The notes beneath the pieces were generated by a model. It ran no database searches. It saw nothing but the letters and a program-made list of their open reading frames with translations, and was not told where the DNA came from. Below, in pieces: positions 17,767 through 27,545 of a stretch of DNA of 64,000 nucleotides. Position numbers and translations under genes: made by a program. Positions within the stretch are counted from its first letter, which is position 1; every line of letters begins with the position of its first letter. Origin of the DNA: an uncultured Gemmatimonadales bacterium. Lineage in GTDB: Bacteria; Gemmatimonadota; Gemmatimonadetes; Gemmatimonadales; GWC2-71-9. The DNA lies in NCBI GenBank assembly GCA_963798915.1, contig CAWCVB010000002.1, positions 608,001-672,000 of the forward strand, read 5' to 3'.

Positions 17767-18969
17767 ATGCAATCACCATGGCTGGTTGCCGTCGCAGTGG
17801 TGGGATTGTTCGCTGGCTGTCATCGCGAACGCCCCGCTGTTCAGGCACTCCCCGCGATCACCACCTACCGCCAGCTCTGGCAGCAACCCTTCGAGCTCTC
17901 CTCGGCCCGCCGGCGTTCGGTGGCGGTCGCCTCGCCCTGCACCATCTGGCTCGTGGCAGGCGAAGCTTCGACCTGGAGCTGCACCGGCGATTCACTGCGA
18001 ACGTTGCGTCACGGTGAAGGCCCCGGAGAAGTTCAGTATCCCTGGCTCGTGGCCAACTGGAGTCACGATTCCGTGGTCGTCTGGGATGCCTACCTGGCCC
18101 GGCTCTCGATTTTCGATGGCACGGGGGCCTTCGTGCGGAGCGCGCAGCTTCCGATCGTGCTCAACAACGGCATGCGCGTCGCCGGGATTTATCGCCATCA
18201 CGACCAGCTGCATCTCTGGATCAATCCCTTTCCGGTGGCGTTTACCGACTCGGCCCCAGCTTTGCGGGGCCATGTCTGGGCGGTGAAGGAAGGCGCTCCG
18301 CAGCTTGACGATTCGCTCATTTCGTTCGACGGCCCGCGTTCCACGATCATGCAGGAAGGCCAGACCTACTCGCGGGTAGATGCGCCGGTGCGGCGCAAGC
18401 CGTTGGTCGCGGTGCTGGGTGACGGGACTACGCTCGTGGCATCGAGTGGTTCGGACACGGTATGGGTCCATGATTGGACCGGGAAGCTGCGGGACACCCT
18501 GGTGCTGGACCTTCCCGCCGAGGCCGTGACGGAAGAGGACCACACGAAGTACGCCGACTCCATTCGTGAATCATTCCGCGAGGAGCTGGCGGGCCAGCCC
18601 TATCCGGCGGATCTCAAGAAATTCTTCATGCAGCGCGCCGAGGATATCGCGAGGGCCGGCGAGTGGCCCACGACGCGCCAGCGCATCGATCTGCTGGTGG
18701 CAGGTGAAGGCGACAACGTCTGGATCCTGCGTCCCGGCTTTGGAACGTCGCACGAACGGGAGTGGCGCGTCCATGGCCTCGATGGCAGGGTCCGGCGCGT
18801 GCTGCATGTGCCGCACTGGGGCAGTGTCGCGGCGGCGGCAGTCCACGGCGACACGCTCACGACCGTGGAATTTCGCTTCGGCGCCGATTCGACGGTGGTG
18901 GCGCGGTATGATGGTCTCGAGTCGCGGGATGCAGATTATCAGTCGAGCGGCTCGAACCGCATCAGATAG
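17767..18969 (+). CDS. Lipoprotein, 6-bladed beta-propeller-like
   Basis: Lipobox FAGC; GEGPGEV motif; DSVVVWD..ARLSIFD; paralog-like to 55776-57005. Confidence 0.75.
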   Translation: MQSPWLVAVAVVGLFAGCHRERPAVQALPAITTYRQLWQQPFELSSARRRSVAVASPCTIWLVAGEASTWSCTGDSLRTLRHGEGPGEVQYPWLVANWSHDSVVVWDAYLARLSIFDGTGAFVRSAQLPIVLNNGMRVAGIYRHHDQLHLWINPFPVAFTDSAPALRGHVWAVKEGAPQLDDSLISFDGPRSTIMQEGQTYSRVDAPVRRKPLVAVLGDGTTLVASSGSDTVWVHDWTGKLRDTLVLDLPAEAVTEEDHTKYADSIRESFREELAGQPYPADLKKFFMQRAEDIARAGEWPTTRQRIDLLVAGEGDNVWILRPGFGTSHEREWRVHGLDGRVRRVLHVPHWGSVAAAAVHGDTLTTVEFRFGADSTVVARYDGLESRDADYQSSGSNRIR

Positions 18970-19023
18970 GGACCAAGGCCCATAAGGCTTCAGGTACGCT
19001 GAGTCACCGGGGTGAGCCCTCAT

Positions 19024-19048
19024 GGATTCCGACTTTCGTCGGAATGAC
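19024..19048. repeat. GTCATTCC-type palindromic element
   Basis: ATTCCGAC-TTTC-GTCGGAAT followed by GAC (minus strand GTCATTCCGACGAAAGTCGGAATCC). Confidence 0.7.
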
Positions 19049-19068
19049 GAAAATTGAGTATCGTCGCG

Positions 19069-19124
19069 CACGACCCACGACCCACGACCCACGACCCACG
19101 ACCCACGACCCACGACCCACGACC
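19069..19124. repeat. Perfect heptamer array (CACGACC)x8
   Basis: Read directly. Confidence 0.97.
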
Positions 19125-19141
19125 CGTCTTATCTTCCAGCC

Positions 19142-21706
19142 ATGGCCCCCGTCCGCGACCACTCGCTCCCGCCTGATCCTGACGCCTTTCGCCAGGCCCG
19201 CCCCACCAGGGGCCGCATCATTGTCATTGCCCCGACCCGCGCCGCCTGCGAGACCATCGAGCTGGCGCTGGGCCTCCGCATCGAAACCCTGCTGGAGCGC
19301 GAGCACGGCGAGGAACTGCGGCACTGGGCTGCTGAGGGCAAGGGGTTCGGCATCGTGGCCGGCACCGGGACGGGGAAGACACTCGGGATCCGCCCGATTG
19401 CCGAGACGATTGTCGAGGTACCGCTTCGTGTCGGTGTGGTCAATCGCGAACGCGAAGCCACGCCGGAGACGCCGGGCTGGAACGTGGTGATCGTCACGAC
19501 CGGCATTGCCCGTCGCTGGTTCGAAGACGACCTGATCAGCGCTGCCGATACCATCATTGTCGACGAAATCCACCAGACCTCGGCCGAACTCGAGCTCTGC
19601 CTGGCCTTGGGGAAGCGTGCCGGGTGCCGGTTCATCTGGCTCAGTGCCACGGTGGACCCCACGTTTTACGCGCGCTACCTCGGCAGCAGCGAGGTGCTGG
19701 AGACGTCCGCCTTCGATCCGAATCTGCGGGCGCGCGTCGAGGTTGTGCCCCAGAAGCCGCTCGAGTTCCTGGACGCCCGCTTTGTGCGCAAGCTGATCAA
19801 GGAACGGCGGGGAGTCGCGGTCTTTGTTCCCACGCGCGCGGAAGTCGAGCATCTGGCTGTGGAGCTGGGCGAGCAGTGGAAGCGCCTGACCACTGCGTTC
19901 TATCATGGCGGCGAACCCGTTCGCGTCATCCGGCCGTTTCTCGAGGGTGAGGTGGAGCACCCATGGCTCCTGGCCATGACGGCGGCTGGGCAGAGTGCGC
20001 TGAACCTGCGGGGACTCGACACCGTCGTGATCTACGATGCGCGCTACGGGAACGTGGTCGAGCGCGGCCGCAACGTGCTGCACCGGCTCTACCTCGGTCC
20101 CAATGAGATCCTGCAGATGGCCGGGCGGGTTCACGGGCGTGTGCCGAATGGGGAAGTCTGGATCCTGAGCGATCGGGATCTTTCCTTCGACGACCTCCGG
20201 CCGGGTCCGCCCGAATTCCAGCTGGCTGGTGACGCGGAGCGGGTGGCAGTCACCTGTGCCGCCATTGGTGTCGATGCCTCGGATCTGGACCTGCCAGTCG
20301 CGCTCGACCGCGTGGCGTATCGCAAGGCGATTGAGCTTCTCACATCGCGGGGCCTGATCGAGCGCGGCCGCCTTACCAGGTACGGACGGGATGTTGAAGC
20401 CATGCCGGTCGAGCGCGACTGGGGCGAACTGCTGGTGCAGATGGACGACGCCCTGGCGCCGGTCATTGCCGTGTGCGCCAGCATCGACTCACTGCACCGC
20501 ATGACGCGAGATGAGCGCGATCTTCACGGCATGGTGGCCAACGGCAGCGATCACCTGACGGCCTACAACCTCTACGCCGAAGCTGTCAATCAGCACGGCT
20601 ACCTGGGCGAGGTATATGGGCTTCCGCGTCACCTCTTCGAGGATGGGCTGGCGGACTGGGCCGATCGGCGGGGAGTGCTGGTCAAGGCCGTCGAGGACGC
20701 GGCGCTGGGCATGGCCTCGGTGTATCGCGCATTGGAGATGCCGCTGCCTTCAACCCTTCCCCATGCGTCCAAGGAGGTGCGGCAAGCCTTCTCCGAGCTG
20801 GTCGCACGCGTGATGCCGTTTGACCTGGTCATCGATGGCCATACCGCGGATGGCCAGGAGGCGCGGGTCTCCAAGACCTCAGTGGCCGGAAGTTGGGGCG
20901 CCGTCGCGGGCCGCCTCCGATTCTTTGCCGATCGCTTTGGTGTCCCGCGTGCTGCCATCGAGGGCACCACGCTTTCCTACAGCCTGATCCAGGAGCACGC
21001 CACCTGGGGACCGGCGAGATTCAGTGTAGGGGGACCGAGGAAGCACCAGCGAGTGACGCTTTCACGCACGCGGGAATATTTCGGGTTTGACCTCGACGTG
21101 GATACCCAGCAGTTGGAGGGCAGGTTTCCGCCGGAATGGCACGAGGCTGCGCTGGATTCGCTGGCGCACGCCCTCGCTGAGGGCGAAACCGTACACCCGG
21201 GACAGAGCCGCCTGCGCCGCATGCTCGAGCGCGTCGATGAATATTGGCGTCGCTCGGGCGGCACGCTGCCCCAGGTGGCGCCGGCGCAGCTCCGGCAATT
21301 GCTCCGGCAGCAGCTCAATAGTGCCGGCGTCAACAGCTGGGAGAGCTTTCTCCGGGCCGATATCGCGCTGGACATCGACGCGCTCGTGCCGCCGCGCACT
21401 CGGGAGCAGCTCGACGCGCTGCCCTCCAGTGTGCGGCTCATGGGTGACGTGGTTCCGCTGACCTACGAGATGCTGGATGGGGAGCCTGCCGTCCGGCTGA
21501 CCATGCGCGACGGCCAGGCGCGCCGGATCCGCCCCGCCGACCTGCCGACTACTGACCGAAGACTGGTCTTTGCACTGCGCAGAGGAAATCACGCGCCGCT
21601 GGTCGCAGACTCGCTGGAGAAGCTGCGGGAACTCATGAAGCACGAATCGGGGCAGCGTGGGCGCCAGCGACGGGGGCCGCCGTCCAGGGATCGGCGACGA
21701 CGCTGA
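19142..21706 (+). CDS. SF2 DEAH/RHA (HrpA/HrpB-like) helicase with rearranged motif order
   Basis: AGTGTGKT, TTG, DEIH, SAT, VFVPT, QMAGRVHGR, HA2-like LTRYGRDV and SDHL. Confidence 0.88.
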   Translation: MAPVRDHSLPPDPDAFRQARPTRGRIIVIAPTRAACETIELALGLRIETLLEREHGEELRHWAAEGKGFGIVAGTGTGKTLGIRPIAETIVEVPLRVGVVNREREATPETPGWNVVIVTTGIARRWFEDDLISAADTIIVDEIHQTSAELELCLALGKRAGCRFIWLSATVDPTFYARYLGSSEVLETSAFDPNLRARVEVVPQKPLEFLDARFVRKLIKERRGVAVFVPTRAEVEHLAVELGEQWKRLTTAFYHGGEPVRVIRPFLEGEVEHPWLLAMTAAGQSALNLRGLDTVVIYDARYGNVVERGRNVLHRLYLGPNEILQMAGRVHGRVPNGEVWILSDRDLSFDDLRPGPPEFQLAGDAERVAVTCAAIGVDASDLDLPVALDRVAYRKAIELLTSRGLIERGRLTRYGRDVEAMPVERDWGELLVQMDDALAPVIAVCASIDSLHRMTRDERDLHGMVANGSDHLTAYNLYAEAVNQHGYLGEVYGLPRHLFEDGLADWADRRGVLVKAVEDAALGMASVYRALEMPLPSTLPHASKEVRQAFSELVARVMPFDLVIDGHTADGQEARVSKTSVAGSWGAVAGRLRFFADRFGVPRAAIEGTTLSYSLIQEHATWGPARFSVGGPRKHQRVTLSRTREYFGFDLDVDTQQLEGRFPPEWHEAALDSLAHALAEGETVHPGQSRLRRMLERVDEYWRRSGGTLPQVAPAQLRQLLRQQLNSAGVNSWESFLRADIALDIDALVPPRTREQLDALPSSVRLMGDVVPLTYEMLDGEPAVRLTMRDGQARRIRPADLPTTDRRLVFALRRGNHAPLVADSLEKLRELMKHESGQRGRQRRGPPSRDRRRR

Positions 21707-22249
21707 TCAGCCCAGCATCGCCAGCCAGATTCGGTCGTACGCCTCTCGTGCCGCTTCCTTCTTTGCGCCTCGCGCCAGCGCCGCTTCGAGCGCATCCAGC
21801 ACCAGCAGCAGGGTCGTTGCCCGGTCCTCGCGCACCGGCGGAAACTCCAGCGCCTCGCCGCACGCAACACCGAATGCACTGAGTTCGCCCGCCGCAAAGC
21901 CCATCGCCTCACGGATCTCGGCGGCGCTCTCGAGACCAAGTTCGAGCCACGCCCTGCTCGCGCCGCGCGCGGCATCCTCCTGCATCAGCAGCCAGAGATC
22001 GTCCAGTGCCCGCGTTCCGCGACGCCGCAGCGCGGCAGTGCGGCGAGTGATCTGGTCCCTTGCCAGTTCACCTGCAATGGCGGCGAGCAGCGCCGCGCGG
22101 GTGCCGAAATGATAGTGCACCAGGCCCTTGGCACAGCCTGCCTCACGAGCCACCTGGTCCATGCTCCAGCCATGGAGGCCCTTCGCGATGAGCAGACCCT
22201 CCGCTGCCGCGACGATGCGCGCACGCCGCGAAGCCGCGGGTGTGGGCAT
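21707..22249 (-). CDS. TetR/AcrR-family regulator
   Basis: RARIVAAA...SMDQVAREAGCAKGLVHYHFGTR; TGATG coupling with the ArsR gene. Confidence 0.9.
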   Translation of the reverse strand: MPTPAASRRARIVAAAEGLLIAKGLHGWSMDQVAREAGCAKGLVHYHFGTRAALLAAIAGELARDQITRRTAALRRRGTRALDDLWLLMQEDAARGASRAWLELGLESAAEIREAMGFAAGELSAFGVACGEALEFPPVREDRATTLLLVLDALEAALARGAKKEAAREAYDRIWLAMLG

Positions 22250-22587
22250 CAGCCCGCCGCGCCGGGGTCCGTGCTCGCGTGCGCCATCGCGGATTCGCGA
22301 TCCACCCGGGCGCACATGGCGTCGCAGAGGTTGGTCGTCTCCTCATCCGCAAGGGCATACCACACGTAGAGGCCCTCCCGGCGGCGGGAGACGAATGCAG
22401 CGGAATGCAGCAGCTGAAGATGCTTGGACAAGTTGGCCTGCCCCAGGCCGGTCAGTTCCACCAGCTGGCTCACCGTGAGTTCGGGACAGCGGCGGAGCAC
22501 ATCGAGGATGCGGAGGCGTGCCGGCTCGCCCAGTATGCGGAAGCGCTCTGCCACCTGGCGCAGGGCGGCGTCGGACAGGCCGCTCAT
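22249..22587 (-). CDS. ArsR/SmtB-family regulator (possible persulfide sensor)
   Basis: FRILGEPARLRIL, QANLSKHLQLL, RREGLYVWYAL; Cys in RRCPE and LCDAMC. Confidence 0.9.
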   Translation of the reverse strand: MSGLSDAALRQVAERFRILGEPARLRILDVLRRCPELTVSQLVELTGLGQANLSKHLQLLHSAAFVSRRREGLYVWYALADEETTNLCDAMCARVDRESAMAHASTDPGAAG

Positions 22588-24017
22588 GTGTCGGCCGTCT
22601 CCATGTCCCGTTCGATCGGCAGTCCCGCGGCACGCCACCCCTGAATGCCCCCCTTGAGATTGGTCACGTTTCCGAAGCCATGCGCCTGCAGCAGGGCCGA
22701 AGCAATGCTTGATCGACTGCCAGTCTGGCATTGGAGCGCCAGTGGTCGGTCCCGTGGCAGCTCACCAAGCCGGGTTGGCAGTTCGCCGAGCGGAATGTGC
22801 ACCGCACCGGGAATGTGGCCACCCTCCCATTCCGTTCGTCCCCGCACATCGACAATGGTCAGGTCGCGCTGTTCCGCAGCCACTTCAGCTGCGCTGGCCT
22901 GCGGGACGGTCTCGAGCAGCCCTGGATTGGCGCGCTGGTCGAACACCTCGTTCCCGTAGACGCCCGCCACGCGGTCCAGTCCAATCATGGCGAGCGCACG
23001 CACGGCGTCGGCGGACCCGGAAGCGCCGGCTGGGCTGATGAGGTAAAGGTCGCGGTCGTATGGCAGCAGCGACCCGGCCCAGGTGCTGAAGGCGCGGTTC
23101 AATGGAATGCTGAGCGTGCCGGGAATGTGCCCGCTTGCAAACGCGGCGGCCGGCCGGAGGTCAACCACGATACCGCCCTTTTCGAGGACACCGGGCAGTG
23201 AGGCCGGTGGACGGTCGGGTGGCGTTGGCCAGCTGGCCAGGACCCGGGGTCCGTCCCGGTTGATGCGTTTCATCTCCGCAAAGTAGGCCGGCGGTTCCGG
23301 CTGGCCGGCAAGCACCGCCTGCACGAACTCATCTTCGTCGCTGATGCCGAAAGCCCAGTTCACCACGCGTTCATACCCGAGGGTCGTCTGGGGCACGGCG
23401 CCCAGTGCCTTGCCGCAGGCTGAACCGGCGCCGTGTCCCGGCCAGAGCTGGAGATAATCCGGCAGCTCGGCAAATCGCTGCAACGAACGGAACAAGGTTC
23501 GCGCGCTCGATTCCATTGTGCCCGCCATGTGGGCCGCACGCTCGAGCAGATCGGGTCGGCCCACGTCCCCGACAAAAATGAAATCCCCGGTGAAGGCCCC
23601 CATCGGCCTGCCAGTGGCCGGGGTGTCGGTGACCAGGAACGTCAGGTGCTCTGGCGTGTGTCCTGGTGTGTGCCTGACATCGAAGCGCAGGTTGCCAACC
23701 ATGAAGTGGTCGCCATCGTGCAGCAGGCGTGCCCCGTCCGATGCAGCGAACGCGTACTGCCATCCGGGCCCCCCTTCGGCCGAGAGCAGCACTTGAGCTC
23801 CGGTGCGGGCGGCGAGTTCACGAGTCCCGCTCACGAAATCGGCGTGGATATGGGTCTCGGTCACCTGGGTGATGCGGAGTCCTTCGGCGGCGGCCGCCGT
23901 CACGTACTGGTCCGCGTCCCGCAAGGGATCGAGCACCAGTGCCTCACCCGTGGCCTGGCATCCGACGAGGTAGCTGGCCTGCGCCAGGGCTTCGTCGTAG
24001 AACCGCTTCAGCAGCAT
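22584..24017 (-). CDS. Persulfide dioxygenase-rhodanese fusion (MBL + two rhodanese domains; CstB/Blh-like)
   Basis: ETHIHADF, PGHTPEH, GDVGRPDL, PGHGAGSACG; C-terminal CQTGSRS active-site loop. Confidence 0.9.
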   Translation of the reverse strand: MLLKRFYDEALAQASYLVGCQATGEALVLDPLRDADQYVTAAAAEGLRITQVTETHIHADFVSGTRELAARTGAQVLLSAEGGPGWQYAFAASDGARLLHDGDHFMVGNLRFDVRHTPGHTPEHLTFLVTDTPATGRPMGAFTGDFIFVGDVGRPDLLERAAHMAGTMESSARTLFRSLQRFAELPDYLQLWPGHGAGSACGKALGAVPQTTLGYERVVNWAFGISDEDEFVQAVLAGQPEPPAYFAEMKRINRDGPRVLASWPTPPDRPPASLPGVLEKGGIVVDLRPAAAFASGHIPGTLSIPLNRAFSTWAGSLLPYDRDLYLISPAGASGSADAVRALAMIGLDRVAGVYGNEVFDQRANPGLLETVPQASAAEVAAEQRDLTIVDVRGRTEWEGGHIPGAVHIPLGELPTRLGELPRDRPLALQCQTGSRSSIASALLQAHGFGNVTNLKGGIQGWRAAGLPIERDMETADT

Positions 24018-24033
24018 GAGGACTCCGATGTGA

Positions 24034-24833
24034 TCAGTGGGACTGCTCCACAGCGGCACGCTCGGCCTGGCGATGGAACACTCCCCGGTTCTGGTAGAAG
24101 ACAAATGCGCCTACAACGAGGAGGAACAGCGCGAAGGCGCGCTTCAGCTGGGCGGGAGATGCCGCGCGCACCAGTCTGGTGCCCGCCAATATCCCGAGGA
24201 TGGCGACAGCCGTGAAGCCCGCGACCGTTCCCCACGGCACCGCCACCCGGCCGGCATATCCGATGTACGCGGAGACAGTGTTCATGCTGATGATGACCAG
24301 CGAACTGCCCACCGCCTGCTTCATCGGAACCCGGGCCAGCAGCGCCAGGGCTGGCACGATCAGGAATCCACCGCCGATGCCCAGCAGGCCCGTGAGCACA
24401 CCGACACCCAGGGCGGTCAGCGCCAGGAGTGGCAGGGAGAACGGCTGGCCCTCTCCCTCCGCCACCACCTTGCGACCGCCGGCGTTGCGAAACATCGAGA
24501 CGGCGGCAATGAACATGACGGCCCCGAGCAGCAGCAGTTGCAGCTGCCCGCTCATGAGCGGCGCAATCAGGGCCGCCGAGCCGTACGACCCGGCCATGGC
24601 GACGGCGCCGAAGAGCAGGGCGGTGCGCCACTGGACATTGCCGTGCCGCCAGTGTGCCAGCGCGCCGACCAGGCTGGTGCCTCCCACCACCGGAAAGCTC
24701 ATGGCGATGGCGCGCTTGGCCTCGAAGCCCATGACATAGACGAAAATCGGCACCGTGAGGGTGGACCCCCCCCGCCCAGCGTGCCGAGCGACAGTCCAAT
24801 CAGGGCGCCGAGGAGCAGACCGAGGACCAGCAT
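24034..24833 (-). pseudogene. TauE/SafE sulfite exporter with -1 frameshift in a G8 run (probably a sequencing error)
   Basis: ATG at 24833 gives MLVLGLLLGALIGLSLGTLGGG; one more G at 24766-24773 restores GGGGSTLTVPIFVY; second GIGGGFLIVP repeat present. Confidence 0.85.
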
Positions 24834-25014
24834 CGGCACTCCGGGCGAGAGAACTATATTGCTTACATTACCAGCCGGTTATATTGTGGGTGATATGGGT
24901 CACTGTCAAGCACTGTGTCACGATGCACCATTAAGACGACTCCCATGCAAGCGGGTTGGGAGCGGTCATTGTATCGAACTGAAACTTCCGACCACGTGAG
25001 GCGTATACTGACAC

Positions 25015-25470
25015 ATGGCTGAAACACTTACACAGAACGGTATGCCTTCCGTCTTTTCGCCACTCGCCAAGGCCCTCCTCGATGGATTCAGCGAGGGGGT
25101 TGTCGTCTTCGATGCCGAAGGCAAGGTCCTGTACGTCAATCAGCAGGCGCGCTCGACGTTGAGCGAGGAGGACCTGCAGGACAGCGCCAAGGATCTCATG
25201 CCCCGGCTGGCCAATATCGGCGGCCGGCTGCGGCCGCTGCGGGTTGGGTCGCTGGACATTGGGGAAGCGATGTTCCTTCCCGGCCAGGAGGGGGCAACGA
25301 CGCTGGCGGCGCGGGAGAAGGACGCTATCGTACGGACGCTCGACGCGCATAATTGGAGGCTGGCAGAGACGGCGCGCGAGCTGGGTATCAGTCGGACCAC
25401 ACTCTGGCGTCGGCTCAAGGCATACGGGCTTCACCGCGACGGCCGGAGCAAATGGGCGCACACTTCCTAG
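25015..25470 (+). CDS. PAS + Fis-type HTH protein
   Basis: LLDGFSEGVVVFDAEGKVLYVNQQA; TLAAREKDAI...ETARELGISRTTLWRRLK. Confidence 0.85.
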   Translation: MAETLTQNGMPSVFSPLAKALLDGFSEGVVVFDAEGKVLYVNQQARSTLSEEDLQDSAKDLMPRLANIGGRLRPLRVGSLDIGEAMFLPGQEGATTLAAREKDAIVRTLDAHNWRLAETARELGISRTTLWRRLKAYGLHRDGRSKWAHTS

Positions 25471-27545
25471 CTCTCTTGTTCGCTGCAGTCTCACTTCCGC
25501 AGGACACCGTCATTACATATGCATCCCCGGCCACCAGAGACGTGGTGGTCCGGGCTGCGGCGCGGCATCAGGCCCAGGACACGACGATCGCGGATTACCG
25601 TGCCCGGATGCGCTACCGCCTGAGCGTTGGCCTGCCGGGCCGCCGCTGGGCCCAGCCGCCGACGGCCGCTGTCGAGGAGCAGGTAGGGGAAGTCGCCTGG
25701 CGCCATCCCAATGATCTCCGGGTCGAGATGATCGGGCGCCGCCAGCAGTCACTGCCTGGCGGCTTCAATCTGTCCAGCACGTTTGACCGGCCATGGTTCG
25801 TGCCGCGCGGCGCCGACGACTCGCTGCGGATATTCAGCGACGAGTTTCCGGCCCATGGTGCACTCCACCCGCTGGCCGAGGGAGCCTGGCGGTCATATCA
25901 CTTCGACCTGCTCGACAGCCTGGGCGCGATCCTGCCCGACGGCCGACGTCTTCGGGTGTACAAGGTGCAGGTGATTCCGAAGCGGGCGGGCCCCGCACTC
26001 GTGGCGGGCGATCTCTGGATCGATGCGGCGACGTGGGATGTGGTGCGCTTCGCCTTCCGCTACGTGGGCACCGGGCTCTTCGTCTCGCCCGTTGATGAGG
26101 GCGAGGACTCCGCCAGCGCGCGCCGCGCCAATCGCATCGGCAACCGCCTCGTCACGATCGACGTGGACCTCGAGTACGGCCAGCAGGACGGTCGCTTCTG
26201 GATGCCTTTCCGGCAGATCATCGTGGGCACCGTCACCATTCCGCTGGCGCGCAACAAAGTGATTCCGTTCCAGGCCGTCACAGAATTCTCCGACTACACC
26301 ATCAACGAAGGAGCCTGGCTCGACTCGCCGGCAGCGCCGCCCGGTGTGCAGGTCACAAGTGGCACCTGGACGGGCGGCACCTTCGAAATCCGCCGGCCTC
26401 CGGACAGCGTGCTCGCACAGTACCAGGGATGGACCGACACGCTGAGACTGGTCAGCGAACCTGAGCGCACGGCCCGGGTGCGGGCCATGGTCGCCGACCT
26501 TGCCGAGCTCGTGGAACAGCTGCCGGGCGACCTGACCGACCGGCGGGCGGTGTCGTTCGGCTACGAGCGGGTCTCCGACGCGCTGCAGTACAATCGCGTG
26601 CAGGGGCTGTCGCTCGGCGTTGGCGCCAGGATCGGGGTGCCGGGCCTGCCCTTCACCAACGTGTATCCCACCGTGCGGTACGGCATCAGTGATGAACGGG
26701 CGACCGGGCGACTGGCGCTGGTACATGACGGCCCTCGAGGGACCTTCACGCTCAGCGGGTATCACGATATCGCTGACGTGGATCCGTTCTCGCCTGGCCG
26801 TACGCTGGCCAATTCTGCAAGCGCGCTCTTCACGGCCCACGATTACGGCGACTATTACCTTGCCACAGGGGCGGACGCTTCGTTCCTGACTTCACTGGCG
26901 TTGGCGACGGACCTGTCGGTATCGTTGCGCGGGGAGCGGCAGCGTTCAGTGGCGCGCCAGGCGCGCTCCGGGGTCAACGATGTGCTGGGCGGTGACGGAG
27001 TCTTCCCTCTCAATCCGGCGGTGCTGGAAGGCGACTACGGACTGCTCGGGGTCCGCATTACCCACGCCGGCTCTCTCCACTGGATCCTTGCCGCGGACGG
27101 CATGGCCGGAAAGGCATTGACGACCGGCCGCGCCTATTTCGACATCCGGCGGAGTGCCGGAGGGGCGCGTGGCTTCACACTCCGTCTGAAGGCCGGCATC
27201 GCCGAGGGGTCGGCGCCGCCGCAGCTCCAGTTTCGGTTGGGAGGGCGGGAGACCGTGCGCGGATTTGACTACGGCTCGATTATCGGCCGGTCGTTCTGGG
27301 CGGCGCAGCTCGATGTGTCGCCGCTCAAGGGAACCATCCGGCCGGTGCTCTTCATCGACGCCGGCCAGGCCGGGGCACCGGGCGACCTCTTTCAGTCCAA
27401 GGCGCTTGCCGGTGGCGGTGTGGGTGTCTCGATGTACAGCCCGCTGCTGCACACAACGCTTATCCGGCTCGACCTGAGCCACCCGATCACTCCCGACACT
27501 GGTGGAGCATGGCGCTTCGACGTGGTCTTCTCACCCATTCGCTGA
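25452..27545 (+). CDS. Outer-membrane beta-barrel protein (Omp85/DUF5686-like)
   Basis: Signal peptide; YNRVQGLSLG; FRLGGRETVRGFDY resembles the Omp85 (V/I)RG(F/Y) motif; terminal beta strand. Confidence 0.7.
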   Translation: MGAHFLALLFAAVSLPQDTVITYASPATRDVVVRAAARHQAQDTTIADYRARMRYRLSVGLPGRRWAQPPTAAVEEQVGEVAWRHPNDLRVEMIGRRQQSLPGGFNLSSTFDRPWFVPRGADDSLRIFSDEFPAHGALHPLAEGAWRSYHFDLLDSLGAILPDGRRLRVYKVQVIPKRAGPALVAGDLWIDAATWDVVRFAFRYVGTGLFVSPVDEGEDSASARRANRIGNRLVTIDVDLEYGQQDGRFWMPFRQIIVGTVTIPLARNKVIPFQAVTEFSDYTINEGAWLDSPAAPPGVQVTSGTWTGGTFEIRRPPDSVLAQYQGWTDTLRLVSEPERTARVRAMVADLAELVEQLPGDLTDRRAVSFGYERVSDALQYNRVQGLSLGVGARIGVPGLPFTNVYPTVRYGISDERATGRLALVHDGPRGTFTLSGYHDIADVDPFSPGRTLANSASALFTAHDYGDYYLATGADASFLTSLALATDLSVSLRGERQRSVARQARSGVNDVLGGDGVFPLNPAVLEGDYGLLGVRITHAGSLHWILAADGMAGKALTTGRAYFDIRRSAGGARGFTLRLKAGIAEGSAPPQLQFRLGGRETVRGFDYGSIIGRSFWAAQLDVSPLKGTIRPVLFIDAGQAGAPGDLFQSKALAGGGVGVSMYSPLLHTTLIRLDLSHPITPDTGGAWRFDVVFSPIR

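Noticed and set aside
24914..24986. Fis/NtrC-like binding sites upstream of the PAS-Fis gene
   Set aside because: Only weak dyad symmetry; cannot be distinguished from chance without comparative data
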